A stretch of 64,000 nucleotides of DNA from Candidatus Rokuibacteriota bacterium (GTDB lineage: Bacteria; Methylomirabilota; Methylomirabilia; Rokubacteriales; CSP1-6): the NCBI GenBank assembly GCA_003220495.1, contig QHSP01000015.1, forward strand, positions 196,610-260,609, written 5' to 3'. A program made the translations under genes and the position numbers. The notes below the pieces were generated by a model. The model saw nothing but the letters and a program-made list of their open reading frames with translations, ran no database searches and was not told the origin of the DNA. Positions 36,879 through 45,902 of this stretch are shown in pieces (the stretch's first letter is position 1; the number at the start of each line of letters is the position of its first letter).

Positions 36879-38048
36879 ATGCACCGGAGCACCGACCGCT
36901 TCCTGACGACCCACGCCGGAAGCCTGCCGCGCCCGGGTGACCTGCTCGAGCTGATCCAGGCCAAGGCGACCGGCCGCCCCTACGATCAAGAGGCCTTCGC
37001 CGCCCGGGTGAGACAGGCGGTCGGAGAGATCGTCGGCAAGCAGACCGAACTCGGCGTCGACGTCGTCGATGACGGCGAGATGGGCAAGCCCGGCTTCATT
37101 CCGTACGTCAACGAGCGCCTGTCCGGCTTCGAGCCCGACCCGGCAGGCCGGGTCAGCCCGTGGAGCGGCTCGCGCGAAGTGCGAGCGTTCCCCGAGTTCT
37201 ACGAGTGGTTCTCGCGTGCGATGCCGAGCCCAGCCGTACGGTCGTTGCACATGGTGTGCACGGGCCCGATCGTCTACACGGGCGCGAAGCACGTCCAGAC
37301 CGATATCGAGAACCTCAAGGCGTCCCTGGCCGGAAGCGGCGCCCGGGAAGCCTTCATCCCGGCGATCTCGCCCACGAGCATCGAGGACTGGCAGCGGAAC
37401 GCCTACTACAAGACCGAGGAGGAATACCTCGCCGCGATCGCCGAGGCGATGCACGAGGAGTACAAGGCCATCGTCGATGCGGGATTCCTCGTGCAGATCG
37501 ACGATCCCCACCTGGCGACCCACTACGTGTCCCGGCCCGAGCTCAGCGTCGATCAGGTCCGTCGCTGGGCCGAAGTGCGCGTGGAGGCGCTCAACCATGC
37601 GCTGCGCGGGCTGCCGCGCGATCGCATCCGCTGGCACACGTGCTACGGCATCAACATCGGCCCGCGCGTTCACGACCTGGAGCTCAAGCACTTCGTCGAC
37701 GTGATCCTAAAAATCCGGGCCGGCGCCTACTCGTTCGAAGCCGCGAACCCGCGGCACGAGCACGAGTGGCGCGTGTGGGAGCAGGTGAAGCTTCCGGAAG
37801 GCGCCATCTTGATCCCGGGCACGATCACGCAGTCGACCGTCCTCGTCGAGCATCCGGAGCTGGTGGCCGATCGCATCGGCCGGTTCGCGCGGGTGGTCGG
37901 ACGCGAGAACGTCATCGCGGGCGCCGACTGCGGCTTTGCGACGTTCGCCGGCTCGACCGAAATCCACCCGAGCGTCGTCTGGGCCAAGTTCGCGGCGCTC
38001 GTCGAAGGGGCCCGCCTCGCGACCAGGCAGCTGTGGGGCCGGAGCTGA
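36879..38048 (+). CDS. Core-MetE family protein (cobalamin-independent methionine synthase catalytic-domain-like, zinc type)
   Basis: 389 aa. THAGSLPRP, RWHTCYG, NPRHEHEWRVWE, GADCGF. Starts 7 bp after the SBP stop. Confidence 0.8.
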   Translation: MHRSTDRFLTTHAGSLPRPGDLLELIQAKATGRPYDQEAFAARVRQAVGEIVGKQTELGVDVVDDGEMGKPGFIPYVNERLSGFEPDPAGRVSPWSGSREVRAFPEFYEWFSRAMPSPAVRSLHMVCTGPIVYTGAKHVQTDIENLKASLAGSGAREAFIPAISPTSIEDWQRNAYYKTEEEYLAAIAEAMHEEYKAIVDAGFLVQIDDPHLATHYVSRPELSVDQVRRWAEVRVEALNHALRGLPRDRIRWHTCYGINIGPRVHDLELKHFVDVILKIRAGAYSFEAANPRHEHEWRVWEQVKLPEGAILIPGTITQSTVLVEHPELVADRIGRFARVVGRENVIAGADCGFATFAGSTEIHPSVVWAKFAALVEGARLATRQLWGRS

Positions 38049-38097
38049 CCCTGCCGACACCCGACGCGTTCGTCGAGTTCCTCGAGAGCTGAGGCGC

Positions 38098-39018
38098 ATG
38101 CAGCGCTTCATCATCGGACGGGTGATCCAGTCGATCGTGTCGATGTTCGTCGTATCGGTCGTGGTCTTCGCGCTCGTGCGGCTCTCCGGCGACCCGATCC
38201 AGATCATGATGCCCGCCGAGGCGTCGAAGGCGGACATCGAGCTCATGCGCGCGCACCTCGGCCTGGATCGCCCGTGGAGCGTCCAGTACTGGCGCTTCCT
38301 GACCCAGGCGCTCCAGGGAGACTTCGGACGGTCCGTCCGATTCCGCCGTCCCGCGCTCGATCTGGTCGCCGAGCGGTACGGAGCCACGCTCGAGCTCGGC
38401 GGCCTGGCCGTGCTCATCGTGATCGTCGTGGCGCTCCCGGTCGGCGTGTACTCCGCTGTCCGACGCGGCAGCGCGCTCGACTACACCGCGCGGGCCTTCG
38501 CGGCGCTCGGCCAGGCGGTGCCGCCGTTCTGGCTCGGCCTGGTGCTCGTCCTCATCTTCGGCGTCATGCTCCACCTGCTGCCGACGTCCGGGCGCGGCAC
38601 GCCGCTCCACGTGCTCTTGCCGGGTATCACGCTCGGCTGGTTCGCCGTCGCCGGGCTCATGCGGCTCACGCGCTCGTCGATGCTCGACGTCCTCGGCAGC
38701 GAGTACGTCAAGCTCGCGCGGATCAAGGGATTACCGGAGCGCCGGGTGATCTGGCGCCACGCGTTCAAGAACGCCGCGCTGCCGGTGGTGACGTTCGCGG
38801 CGCTCCTGTTCGTGGCGCTCTTGAACGGCTCGATCATCGTGGAGACGGTATTCGGCTGGCCGGGCCTCGGCCTGCTGGTGATCGAGGCGGTCGACTCGCG
38901 CGATTATCCGATCGTGCAGACCGTCGTCCTGTTTCTGTCCGCGATGTACATCGGCGTCAACCTGATCGTCGACGTGCTCTACGCGTACCTCAATCCAAAG
39001 ATCAGGTACTCGCGATGA
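38098..39018 (+). CDS. ABC transporter permease (DppB-like)
   Basis: 306 aa, 6 TM, EAA loop (ARIKGLPER). Confidence 0.85.
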   Translation: MQRFIIGRVIQSIVSMFVVSVVVFALVRLSGDPIQIMMPAEASKADIELMRAHLGLDRPWSVQYWRFLTQALQGDFGRSVRFRRPALDLVAERYGATLELGGLAVLIVIVVALPVGVYSAVRRGSALDYTARAFAALGQAVPPFWLGLVLVLIFGVMLHLLPTSGRGTPLHVLLPGITLGWFAVAGLMRLTRSSMLDVLGSEYVKLARIKGLPERRVIWRHAFKNAALPVVTFAALLFVALLNGSIIVETVFGWPGLGLLVIEAVDSRDYPIVQTVVLFLSAMYIGVNLIVDVLYAYLNPKIRYSR

Positions 39019-39893
39019 GCGGCGCCGCCACGACCGGCGCCGCGATCCTGCCGCGCGGCGGCCGCGAGCGCCGCTGGCCGCCGGCGGTGCCGCTCGCGGT
39101 CGTGGCCGCGCTGGTCCTGTGCGCGCTCCTGGCGCCCGTGCTGGCGCCGCACTCGCCGGTCGAGGGATCGCTCGGCGAGCGGCTCGCGCCGCCGATCGGC
39201 CTCGAGGGCTCCAGGCCCGGCCACCTCCTCGGCACCGACCGTCACGGCCGCGACACCCTGAGCCGGCTGCTCTACGGCGCCCGGATCTCGCTGGCGGTCT
39301 CGGTCGTCGGCATCACCCTGACGGGCGCGGCGGGAAGTCTCATCGGTCTGCTCGCGGGGTTCTTCGGGGGCTGGGTCGACACCTTGCTCATGCGGCTGGC
39401 CGACATCTCGCTGTCGCTGCCGGGCATCCTGATCGCCGTGCTGCTGTCGGTGGTCTTCGAGCCATCGTTCACGAACGTGATCATCGTCGTAGTGTTCCTG
39501 CTGTGGCCGAGCTACGCCCGGCTCACCCGCGGCGAGACGCTCGGCATCAAGCAGCAGGAGTTCGTCGCGCTGGCGCGGGTCGCCGGCTGCTCGAGCACGA
39601 GGATCATGTTCCGCCACGTCGCGCCGAACCTGGCGCCGTCGATCCTCGTGCTCGCCACCTTGCACGTCGGCTACGTCATCGTGCTCGAGGCCGCGCTCTC
39701 GTTCCTGGGCGTCGGCATCCCGCCGCCCACGCCGTCGTGGGGCGTGATGGTGGCCGACGGTCGGGGCCTGATCGAGCAAGCGTGGTGGGTGTCGATCCTG
39801 CCGGGCATCGCGATCCTGGTCACGGTGCTCTCCCTGAACATCCTCGGCGACTGGGTTCGCGACCGTCTCGATCCCAAGCTCCGACAGGTCTGA
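39015..39893 (+). CDS. ABC transporter permease (DppC-like)
   Basis: 292 aa. ATGA start/stop overlap with the upstream permease. Confidence 0.85.
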   Translation: MSGAATTGAAILPRGGRERRWPPAVPLAVVAALVLCALLAPVLAPHSPVEGSLGERLAPPIGLEGSRPGHLLGTDRHGRDTLSRLLYGARISLAVSVVGITLTGAAGSLIGLLAGFFGGWVDTLLMRLADISLSLPGILIAVLLSVVFEPSFTNVIIVVVFLLWPSYARLTRGETLGIKQQEFVALARVAGCSSTRIMFRHVAPNLAPSILVLATLHVGYVIVLEAALSFLGVGIPPPTPSWGVMVADGRGLIEQAWWVSILPGIAILVTVLSLNILGDWVRDRLDPKLRQV

Positions 39894-39900
39894 GCCGCCC

Positions 39901-41919
39901 ATGGCCGATCCGCTCCTGGAGGTGCGGGACCTCCGCACCTACATCTACACCCGTCGCGGCGTCGTGAAGGCGGTCGACGGCGCGACCTTCTCCGTGCGCC
40001 GCGGCGAGACGCTCGGAATCGTCGGCGAGTCGGGCTCGGGCAAGTCGATGACGTGTCTGTCGATCCTGCGCCTCGTGCCCGAGCCGGGCGGACGCATCGT
40101 CGGCGGCCAGATCCTCTTCGACGGGGAGAATCTGCTCGACAAGACCCCCGAGGAGATGCGCCGGCTGCGCGGCTCGCGCATCGCGATGATCCTGCAGGAT
40201 CCGATGGCCTCGCTCAACCCCGCGATGACCGTGGGCGAGCAGATCGCCGAGACGCTCTCGCTCCATCGCGGGCTGCGGGGCCGCGCCCTCGACGAGCGCG
40301 TGGTGGAGCTCCTGCGTCAGGTGCGGGTCAGCGACCCGGAGCGGCGCGTGCACGCCTATCCGCACCAGATGAGCGGCGGCATCCGCCAGCGCGTCGCCGG
40401 CGCCATCGCGATCTCCTGCCAGCCGAGCCTCCTGATCGCCGACGAGCCGACGACCTCGCTCGACGTCACGATCCAGTCGCAGTACCTGCGGCTCCTGAAG
40501 GAGATCCAGCGCGAGACGAATCTTGCCCTCGTCTTCGTCACGCACGACCTCGGCATCGTCGCCAAGCTCTGCGATCGCGTCGCGGTGATGTACGCCGGCC
40601 GCATCGTCGAGCTTGGAAAAACCCGCGACATCTTCAACCGCCCACGCCACCCGTATGCGGTCGGGCTCCTCGATTGCCTGCCGACCTTGCGCCGCGGGCG
40701 CGAGCCGCTGACCGCCATCGAGGGGCAGCCGCCGGATCTCGCGAACGTGCCGGCCGGCTGCAGCTTCGCGCCGCGCTGCCCGATGGCGCAGGCGCGGTGC
40801 ACCGAGACGCCGCCACCCCTGGAGCCGGTCGACGCCGAGCATCTGGTGGCCTGCCTTCGGGCCGGCGAGACGGCGACCCTGGGTCGCCGCGTGGTCGCGA
40901 TCTCCTCGGGCTCGCCAGCGGTGCTCGCCGGGGCGAACGGCGCCCGCGACATCGTTCTCGAGGCCCGCCAGCTCACCAAGCACTTTCCCCTGGCGCGTGG
41001 CACGATCCTGAGCCGGCGCTTCGGCACGGTGAAGGCGGTCGACGGTGTCGACTTCGTCCTGCGCCGCGGTGAGACGCTCGGCCTGGTCGGTGAGAGCGGG
41101 TGCGGGAAAACCACGACCGCCAGGCTCGTCCTGTCTCTCGAGCGGCCGACCGCGGGCGGCGTGTACTTCCACGGCCACGACATCCACGTGCTCGGCCGCC
41201 ACGCGCGGGGCAGCTATCGCCGAGCGGTGCAGGCCGTCTTCCAGGACCCGTTCAGCTCGCTGAACCCTCGGCTGACGATCCGCACCACGGTGAGCGAGCC
41301 CCTCACCCAGACCGAGCCCGATCTCACGCGCGCGGAGGTCGCGGAGCGTGTCGCCGCGTCGCTCACCCGCGTGGGGTTGAGGCCACGGATCGCCGACGAT
41401 TATCCCCACGAGCTCTCGGGAGGCCAGCGCCAGCGCGTCGCGATCGCGCGCGCGCTGAGCACGAATCCGGAGTGCATCCTGCTGGACGAGGCGGTCTCGG
41501 CGCTCGACGTCTCGATCCGCGCCCAGGTGATGAACCTCCTGCGCGAGATCCAGGATCGCTCGGGCGTGAGCTATCTCTTCATCGCTCACGATCTCGCCGT
41601 CGTGAAGTACGTCAGCACGCGGATTGGCGTGATGTACCTCGGCAAGCTCGTCGAGACCGCAGCCGCCGACGAGCTCTACGCGAACCCGCTCCATCCGTAC
41701 ACGCAAATCTTATTGAACAACGCGCTGCCCGCGCATCCCGACGACGCGCGCGACGAGGTCATCCTCAAGGGCGAGGTGCCGAGCGCCTTCAATCCTCCGT
41801 CGGGCTGTCGCTTCCATCCGCGCTGCCCGCAGGCGCTGCCGGTCTGCGGCGAGGTCGAGCCGACCTTACGCGACCAGGCGAGGGGCCACCAGGTCGCGTG
41901 TCATCTCTACGGAGCCTGA
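39901..41919 (+). CDS. ABC transporter ATP-binding protein, fused tandem ATPase (DppD-DppF-like)
   Basis: 672 aa with two complete nucleotide-binding domains (GESGSGKS / GESGCGKTT Walker A, two LSGGQRQR signatures). Confidence 0.9.
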   Translation: MADPLLEVRDLRTYIYTRRGVVKAVDGATFSVRRGETLGIVGESGSGKSMTCLSILRLVPEPGGRIVGGQILFDGENLLDKTPEEMRRLRGSRIAMILQDPMASLNPAMTVGEQIAETLSLHRGLRGRALDERVVELLRQVRVSDPERRVHAYPHQMSGGIRQRVAGAIAISCQPSLLIADEPTTSLDVTIQSQYLRLLKEIQRETNLALVFVTHDLGIVAKLCDRVAVMYAGRIVELGKTRDIFNRPRHPYAVGLLDCLPTLRRGREPLTAIEGQPPDLANVPAGCSFAPRCPMAQARCTETPPPLEPVDAEHLVACLRAGETATLGRRVVAISSGSPAVLAGANGARDIVLEARQLTKHFPLARGTILSRRFGTVKAVDGVDFVLRRGETLGLVGESGCGKTTTARLVLSLERPTAGGVYFHGHDIHVLGRHARGSYRRAVQAVFQDPFSSLNPRLTIRTTVSEPLTQTEPDLTRAEVAERVAASLTRVGLRPRIADDYPHELSGGQRQRVAIARALSTNPECILLDEAVSALDVSIRAQVMNLLREIQDRSGVSYLFIAHDLAVVKYVSTRIGVMYLGKLVETAAADELYANPLHPYTQILLNNALPAHPDDARDEVILKGEVPSAFNPPSGCRFHPRCPQALPVCGEVEPTLRDQARGHQVACHLYGA

Positions 41920-41950
41920 GAAGCCGCCCACGCCTCAGGCAATTCACCCG

Positions 41951-42049
41951 GGTGGGATTCGCGAGAATCTCGGCGAGGCGGCGCGCAAACGTCGTTTTCC
42001 CGGAGCAGCTGGTTCCGACCACCACGACGCGGTTGAGGTCAGGCGGCAT
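41951..42049 (-). pseudogene. Remnant N-terminus of a P-loop nucleotide kinase/AAA-like protein (about 33 codons)
   Basis: MPPDLNRVVVVGTSCSGKTTFARRLAEILANPT is a clean Walker-A start. It degenerates into Arg-rich read-through that overlaps the 3' end of the ABC ATPase gene. Confidence 0.35.
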
Positions 42050-42061
42050 GGCAGGACCACT

Positions 42062-43273
42062 TCATCGCCCGCTAACGGAGGCGCGCGACGGTGCATCGAT
42101 GAGCCAGGCCACGGGAGCCTCGACGTACGAACGGTCGAGCTCGGCGACCGACGAACAGCCCAGCAGCCTGAGCGTGCGGACCAGGTCGGCGCGCAGGATC
42201 TGGATCGCTCGCGTCACGCCGGCTTCGCCGCCCGCGCCGAGCCCGTACGCGTAGGCACGACCGCAGAGCACCGCCCGCGCGCCGAGACACAGCGCCTTCA
42301 CGATGTCGCTGCCACGGCGAATGCCGCCATCCAGCAGGACCTCGATCCGACCGTTCACCGCGCCGACGACTTCCGGCAGCGCCCGCAAGGTGGCGGAGAC
42401 GCCGTCGAGCTGGCGGCCGCCGTGATTGGACACCACGATCGCTTCGGCGCCCTCGTCGACGGCCCGGCGCGCGTCGTCACCGGTCAGCACCCCTTTGATG
42501 ACGATCGGGCCTTTCCAGGCCTCGCGGATCCAGCGCAGATCCGCCCAGGAGACCGTCGACTGCTCGAGCGCGGCGGCGACGTCGGCGTACGGCATCGGCC
42601 CCCGGCCGGGCAGCATGACGTTGGGAAACGACATCAGACCGCCGTCGCGGAGGAATCCCGCCAGCCAGCGGGGCCGCATCAGGAACTGACGAAGGAATGG
42701 GAGCTTCGACGTGATGCTCGAGCCCAGGAGCTCCTTCGTGCCGTTTCGGACGTCACGCTCGCGCAATCCCGAGACGGCGGTATCGATGGTGACCGCAAGC
42801 GCTGAATAGCCGGCGGTTCGCGCCCGCGCGATGGTGGCGCTGGCGACGTCGCGGCCGCCGACCAGGTAGAGCTGGTACCAGACGGGTCCGCGCGACGCCG
42901 CCTTCACGTCCTCCAGCCTGCACCCCGACAGGGTCGACAGAATGTACGCCGTCCCGGCGGCTCCGGCGGCGCGAGCGGCCGCTTCTTCGCCGCGGGGGTA
43001 GAACATCCGGCTGCTCCCGACCGGGGCGAGCAGGAAGGGGAGGTCCAGGCGCTTTCCGAGGACCGTGACGTGCAGATCGCACTGCGGGATCGCGACCGCG
43101 TTGCGAGGACGCAGGATCACGTCCTCGAAGACGCGGCAGTTCTCTCGCAGGGTGAATTCCGCGTCGGCGCCCCCGTCGATGTAGTCGAACACCGCGCGCG
43201 GCAGGCGCCGCTCGGCCATGAGTCGGAGGTCGGCGATGTTCACGACGCGAGGAGAGTCGACCGCTCGCGACAC
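42062..43273 (-). CDS. FMN-dependent alpha-hydroxy acid dehydrogenase (L-lactate/glycolate/mandelate dehydrogenase family)
   Basis: 403 aa. TIM-barrel FMN motifs (SNHGGRQLDG, catalytic His in VVSNHG, Lys in IVIKGV). Confidence 0.85.
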   Translation of the reverse strand: MSRAVDSPRVVNIADLRLMAERRLPRAVFDYIDGGADAEFTLRENCRVFEDVILRPRNAVAIPQCDLHVTVLGKRLDLPFLLAPVGSSRMFYPRGEEAAARAAGAAGTAYILSTLSGCRLEDVKAASRGPVWYQLYLVGGRDVASATIARARTAGYSALAVTIDTAVSGLRERDVRNGTKELLGSSITSKLPFLRQFLMRPRWLAGFLRDGGLMSFPNVMLPGRGPMPYADVAAALEQSTVSWADLRWIREAWKGPIVIKGVLTGDDARRAVDEGAEAIVVSNHGGRQLDGVSATLRALPEVVGAVNGRIEVLLDGGIRRGSDIVKALCLGARAVLCGRAYAYGLGAGGEAGVTRAIQILRADLVRTLRLLGCSSVAELDRSYVEAPVAWLIDAPSRASVSGR

Positions 43274-43297
43274 GGACCGCGGGATCCTATCTCACGC

Positions 43298-43540
43298 TCA
43301 GAAGAGGTACCGCGACCACCGCACCAGCAGGTACACGAGCAGCGCGAACAAGATTGCGACCAGCCCGCCGCCGACAACCAGAAGTCGCCGGTAGATGTAC
43401 GCCATCTGCTCTTGTCGAGCGACGGCGCGTTGCTGAAGGTCGAGCGAGCGCTCGGTCACCCGCCGGTACTCGGCGAGATGCTCGCGCTGCGTGTCGCGGA
43501 TCTCTCGCAAGAGCACTCGGACTTCGCCCTCACTGGTCAT
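43298..43540 (-). CDS. Small single-pass membrane protein, hypothetical
   Basis: 80 aa, not Arg-rich. Has a C-terminal TM helix (LVVGGGLVAILFALLVYLLV). Its ATG overlaps the stop of the upstream XDH gene (translational coupling). Confidence 0.45.
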   Translation of the reverse strand: MTSEGEVRVLLREIRDTQREHLAEYRRVTERSLDLQQRAVARQEQMAYIYRRLLVVGGGLVAILFALLVYLLVRWSRYLF

Positions 43541-45846
43541 ATCCCCGCCGGTACCCGCGGGGGCGGCCCAGCGCCGGGGCGCGTCTGGGCCCGACCGACG
43601 CTCATGAACACGCGTGCCGGTGTCAGGGGAAGCGTCGTGATCGACGGGTCGTGTGGCGCCAGCGCGTCACACACGGCGTTGGCGGTCGCGGCGCCGAGTC
43701 CCGGATTGCCGCACTCGCCGAGGCCGCGCAGACCGAGTGGGTTGGTGGTGGCACGCACCTCCTGGTAGAAGCTGTCGACGGGTGGGATGTCGGCCGCCGC
43801 GGGGAGTGCGTAGTCCATCAGGGTCGACGAGAGCAGCTGGCCGTCGGCGTCGTAGACCAGGCTCTCGTGCATCGTGTTGCCGATGCCGAAGGCGACGCCG
43901 CCCACCAGCTGGCCGTCGACCAGCGCGGGATTCACGGCTCGGCCGACGTCGGCGCCGACCACGACCCGGCGTAAGGCGACTGCACCGGTCTCGGGATCGA
44001 CGTCGGCCACGACCGCCGCGGCGCAACCCGCGTAGGTCACCTTCGGTACCTCGAACGAGGCGCCCGCGGCCAACCGCCGCTCGCGCGCCAGCTCGGCCAG
44101 GGTGACGCGCCGGCCGCCGGCGGTCAACACACCGCTCGCGTACGTCACCTCCGTCTCCGGAACGCCCAGCCTCTCGGCCGCGCGCTGGCGCGCCTCGGCG
44201 ATCAACTTGACGGCCGCGAGGTGGGCGGCGTTGCCGGCGGTGACCGTCCCGCGCGAGCCGTAGGTTCCGACGCCGCTCTCGACCGCCGCCGTATCCGCGT
44301 GCCGCACGTCGAAACCTGAGGCGGGGAGCCCGAGAGCTTCCCCCAGGATCTGAGCCAGGACGGTCTCGAGCCCCGGGCCCATCGACGAGGCGCCCGTATC
44401 GACCGTGAGGCGGCCGTCGGGGCGTGCCTCCACCTGGGTCGTCTCGAAGGGGCCGAGGCCGGTCTTCTCGACGTAGACCGCGAGGCCGATCCCGCGCCGC
44501 GACCCCGACGGCAGCGAGTTCATCGCGACCTGCTCGGCTCGAGCCCGGGGGTAGTCCAGACGCCGCAGCAGCTCGTCGAAGAGCGCGGGGAAGTCGCCGG
44601 AGTCGTAGACCGTGCTCACGCCGAACGACTTGGTGCCGCACTCGTAGGGCATCTCGTCCGCGCGGATCAAATTGCGCCGGCGGATCTCGGCCGCGTCGAT
44701 GCCGAGCTTCGCAGCCGCCTGATCCAAAAGTCGCTCGCGGACGAAGTTGCACTCCGGGCGCCCGGGCGAGCGCAGGGTGCCGGCCGGCGTCTTGTTGGTC
44801 ACGACCGACCAGAGATCGCACGCGTAGCGCGGCACCCGATAGGGACCGGGAAGCAGCGCGGCGCCGAACTCGGCGGGCACCAGCGCGGCCGTGCGGACGT
44901 AGGCGCCGATGTCGGCGTGAATGACCGCGCGCATCGCCAGGATGCGGCCGTCGCGGTCGAAGCCGATCTCGATCTCGTACGCGACCTCGCGCGCGTGGTT
45001 GGCCGCCATGAGGTTCTCGCGCCGGCTCTCGATCCACTTCACGGGCCGCCCGAGCTTCAGGGCGGCGAGCGGCACCAGGATGTCCTCGGGGTAGAGCTCA
45101 CCGCGCACTCCGAAGCCACCGCCCACGTCGACCTCGGTGAGCCGCAGCGCGCCCAGCGGGATGCCGAAGATCGGCGCGAGGATCGTCCGGTTGATGTGAA
45201 TGCACTTGGTGGAGCCGATCAGATGGAGCTCGCCGCCGCGCGGATCGGGCGGCACGACGACGAGACCGCGCGTCTCCAGCGCCGCCGCGGTCTGCCGCGG
45301 GTAGGTGAAGCGCTCACGCAGTCTCAGGTGAGCCCCGGCGAGCGCCTGGTCGGCGTCGCCCACGCGCATGGTGATCGTCGCGACGTTGTTCGAGTCCGTG
45401 GACTGAAAGAGCCGCGCGGCCCCGGCGGCGAGCGCCTCGGTGGTCGAGGCACACGCGGCCAGCGGCTGATAGACGACGTCGATCCGGTCGAGTGCGTCGC
45501 GTGCGATGTACGGATCGTCGGCGACGACGAGCGCGACGGGCTCGCCCACGAAGCGGACGACGTCGCGCGCGATCGCCGGCTGAAGATAGCGGTCGGTGCC
45601 CTTGGGGGCGGGGACACGATTCGGGATGATCGCCGCCGCCGGCACGTCGGCCGCGGTCAGCACGGCGTGGACGCCGGGGAGGTCTCGCGCGCGCTTCGTG
45701 TCGATCGACACCAGCCGCGCGTGCGCGTGCGGCGAGCGAAGCACCGCGGCGTGCAGCATACCTGGCACGCGTACGTCGTCGACGAATCGACCCGTGCCCG
45801 CGACGAACCGCTCGCCGCCGAGCCGGGGATGAGCTTCACCGATCAT
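43537..45846 (-). CDS. Xanthine dehydrogenase/CoxL-family molybdopterin-binding large subunit (paralog 2, divergent active-site loop)
   Basis: 769 aa. The active-site loop TLRSPGR deviates from both AYRGAGR and AYxCSFR. Confidence 0.85.
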   Translation of the reverse strand: MIGEAHPRLGGERFVAGTGRFVDDVRVPGMLHAAVLRSPHAHARLVSIDTKRARDLPGVHAVLTAADVPAAAIIPNRVPAPKGTDRYLQPAIARDVVRFVGEPVALVVADDPYIARDALDRIDVVYQPLAACASTTEALAAGAARLFQSTDSNNVATITMRVGDADQALAGAHLRLRERFTYPRQTAAALETRGLVVVPPDPRGGELHLIGSTKCIHINRTILAPIFGIPLGALRLTEVDVGGGFGVRGELYPEDILVPLAALKLGRPVKWIESRRENLMAANHAREVAYEIEIGFDRDGRILAMRAVIHADIGAYVRTAALVPAEFGAALLPGPYRVPRYACDLWSVVTNKTPAGTLRSPGRPECNFVRERLLDQAAAKLGIDAAEIRRRNLIRADEMPYECGTKSFGVSTVYDSGDFPALFDELLRRLDYPRARAEQVAMNSLPSGSRRGIGLAVYVEKTGLGPFETTQVEARPDGRLTVDTGASSMGPGLETVLAQILGEALGLPASGFDVRHADTAAVESGVGTYGSRGTVTAGNAAHLAAVKLIAEARQRAAERLGVPETEVTYASGVLTAGGRRVTLAELARERRLAAGASFEVPKVTYAGCAAAVVADVDPETGAVALRRVVVGADVGRAVNPALVDGQLVGGVAFGIGNTMHESLVYDADGQLLSSTLMDYALPAAADIPPVDSFYQEVRATTNPLGLRGLGECGNPGLGAATANAVCDALAPHDPSITTLPLTPARVFMSVGRAQTRPGAGPPPRVPAGI

Positions 45847-45902
45847 CGCGACATCCTAGCACTGTGGCCCCGCCATGGCACCGTATGGCACAGTGAGAGA
45901 CG

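Noticed and set aside
31416-37691. Two further giant minus-strand ORFs (31416-34556, 1046 aa; 34686-37691, 1001 aa), plus many other 200-800 aa ORFs: 1352-2470, 2861-4138, 4864-6321, 6718-8178, 8307-9482, 10114-12579, 17673-19139, 23657-25714, 39820-41706, 48762-51182
   Set aside because: They have no domain signatures and extreme Arg/Pro/Gly composition. Each is antisense or frame-shifted relative to genes with clear family motifs and ribosome-binding sites. They are therefore not reported as features.
41789-42049. Track ORF of 86 aa, as a full gene
   Set aside because: Only the first 33 residues look protein-like. The remainder is Arg-rich read-through overlapping the ABC ATPase 3' end. 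I report only the remnant as a pseudogene fragment.
45860-45900. Sigma-54-like TGGCAC ... TGGCAC motif and CACTGTG/CACAGTG inverted repeat in the XDH2/ADH divergent region
   Set aside because: GG-N9-GC spacing is off by one from the sigma-54 -24/-12 rule, and the -12 element is TGGCA rather than TTGCA. I noted it only as a possible operator.
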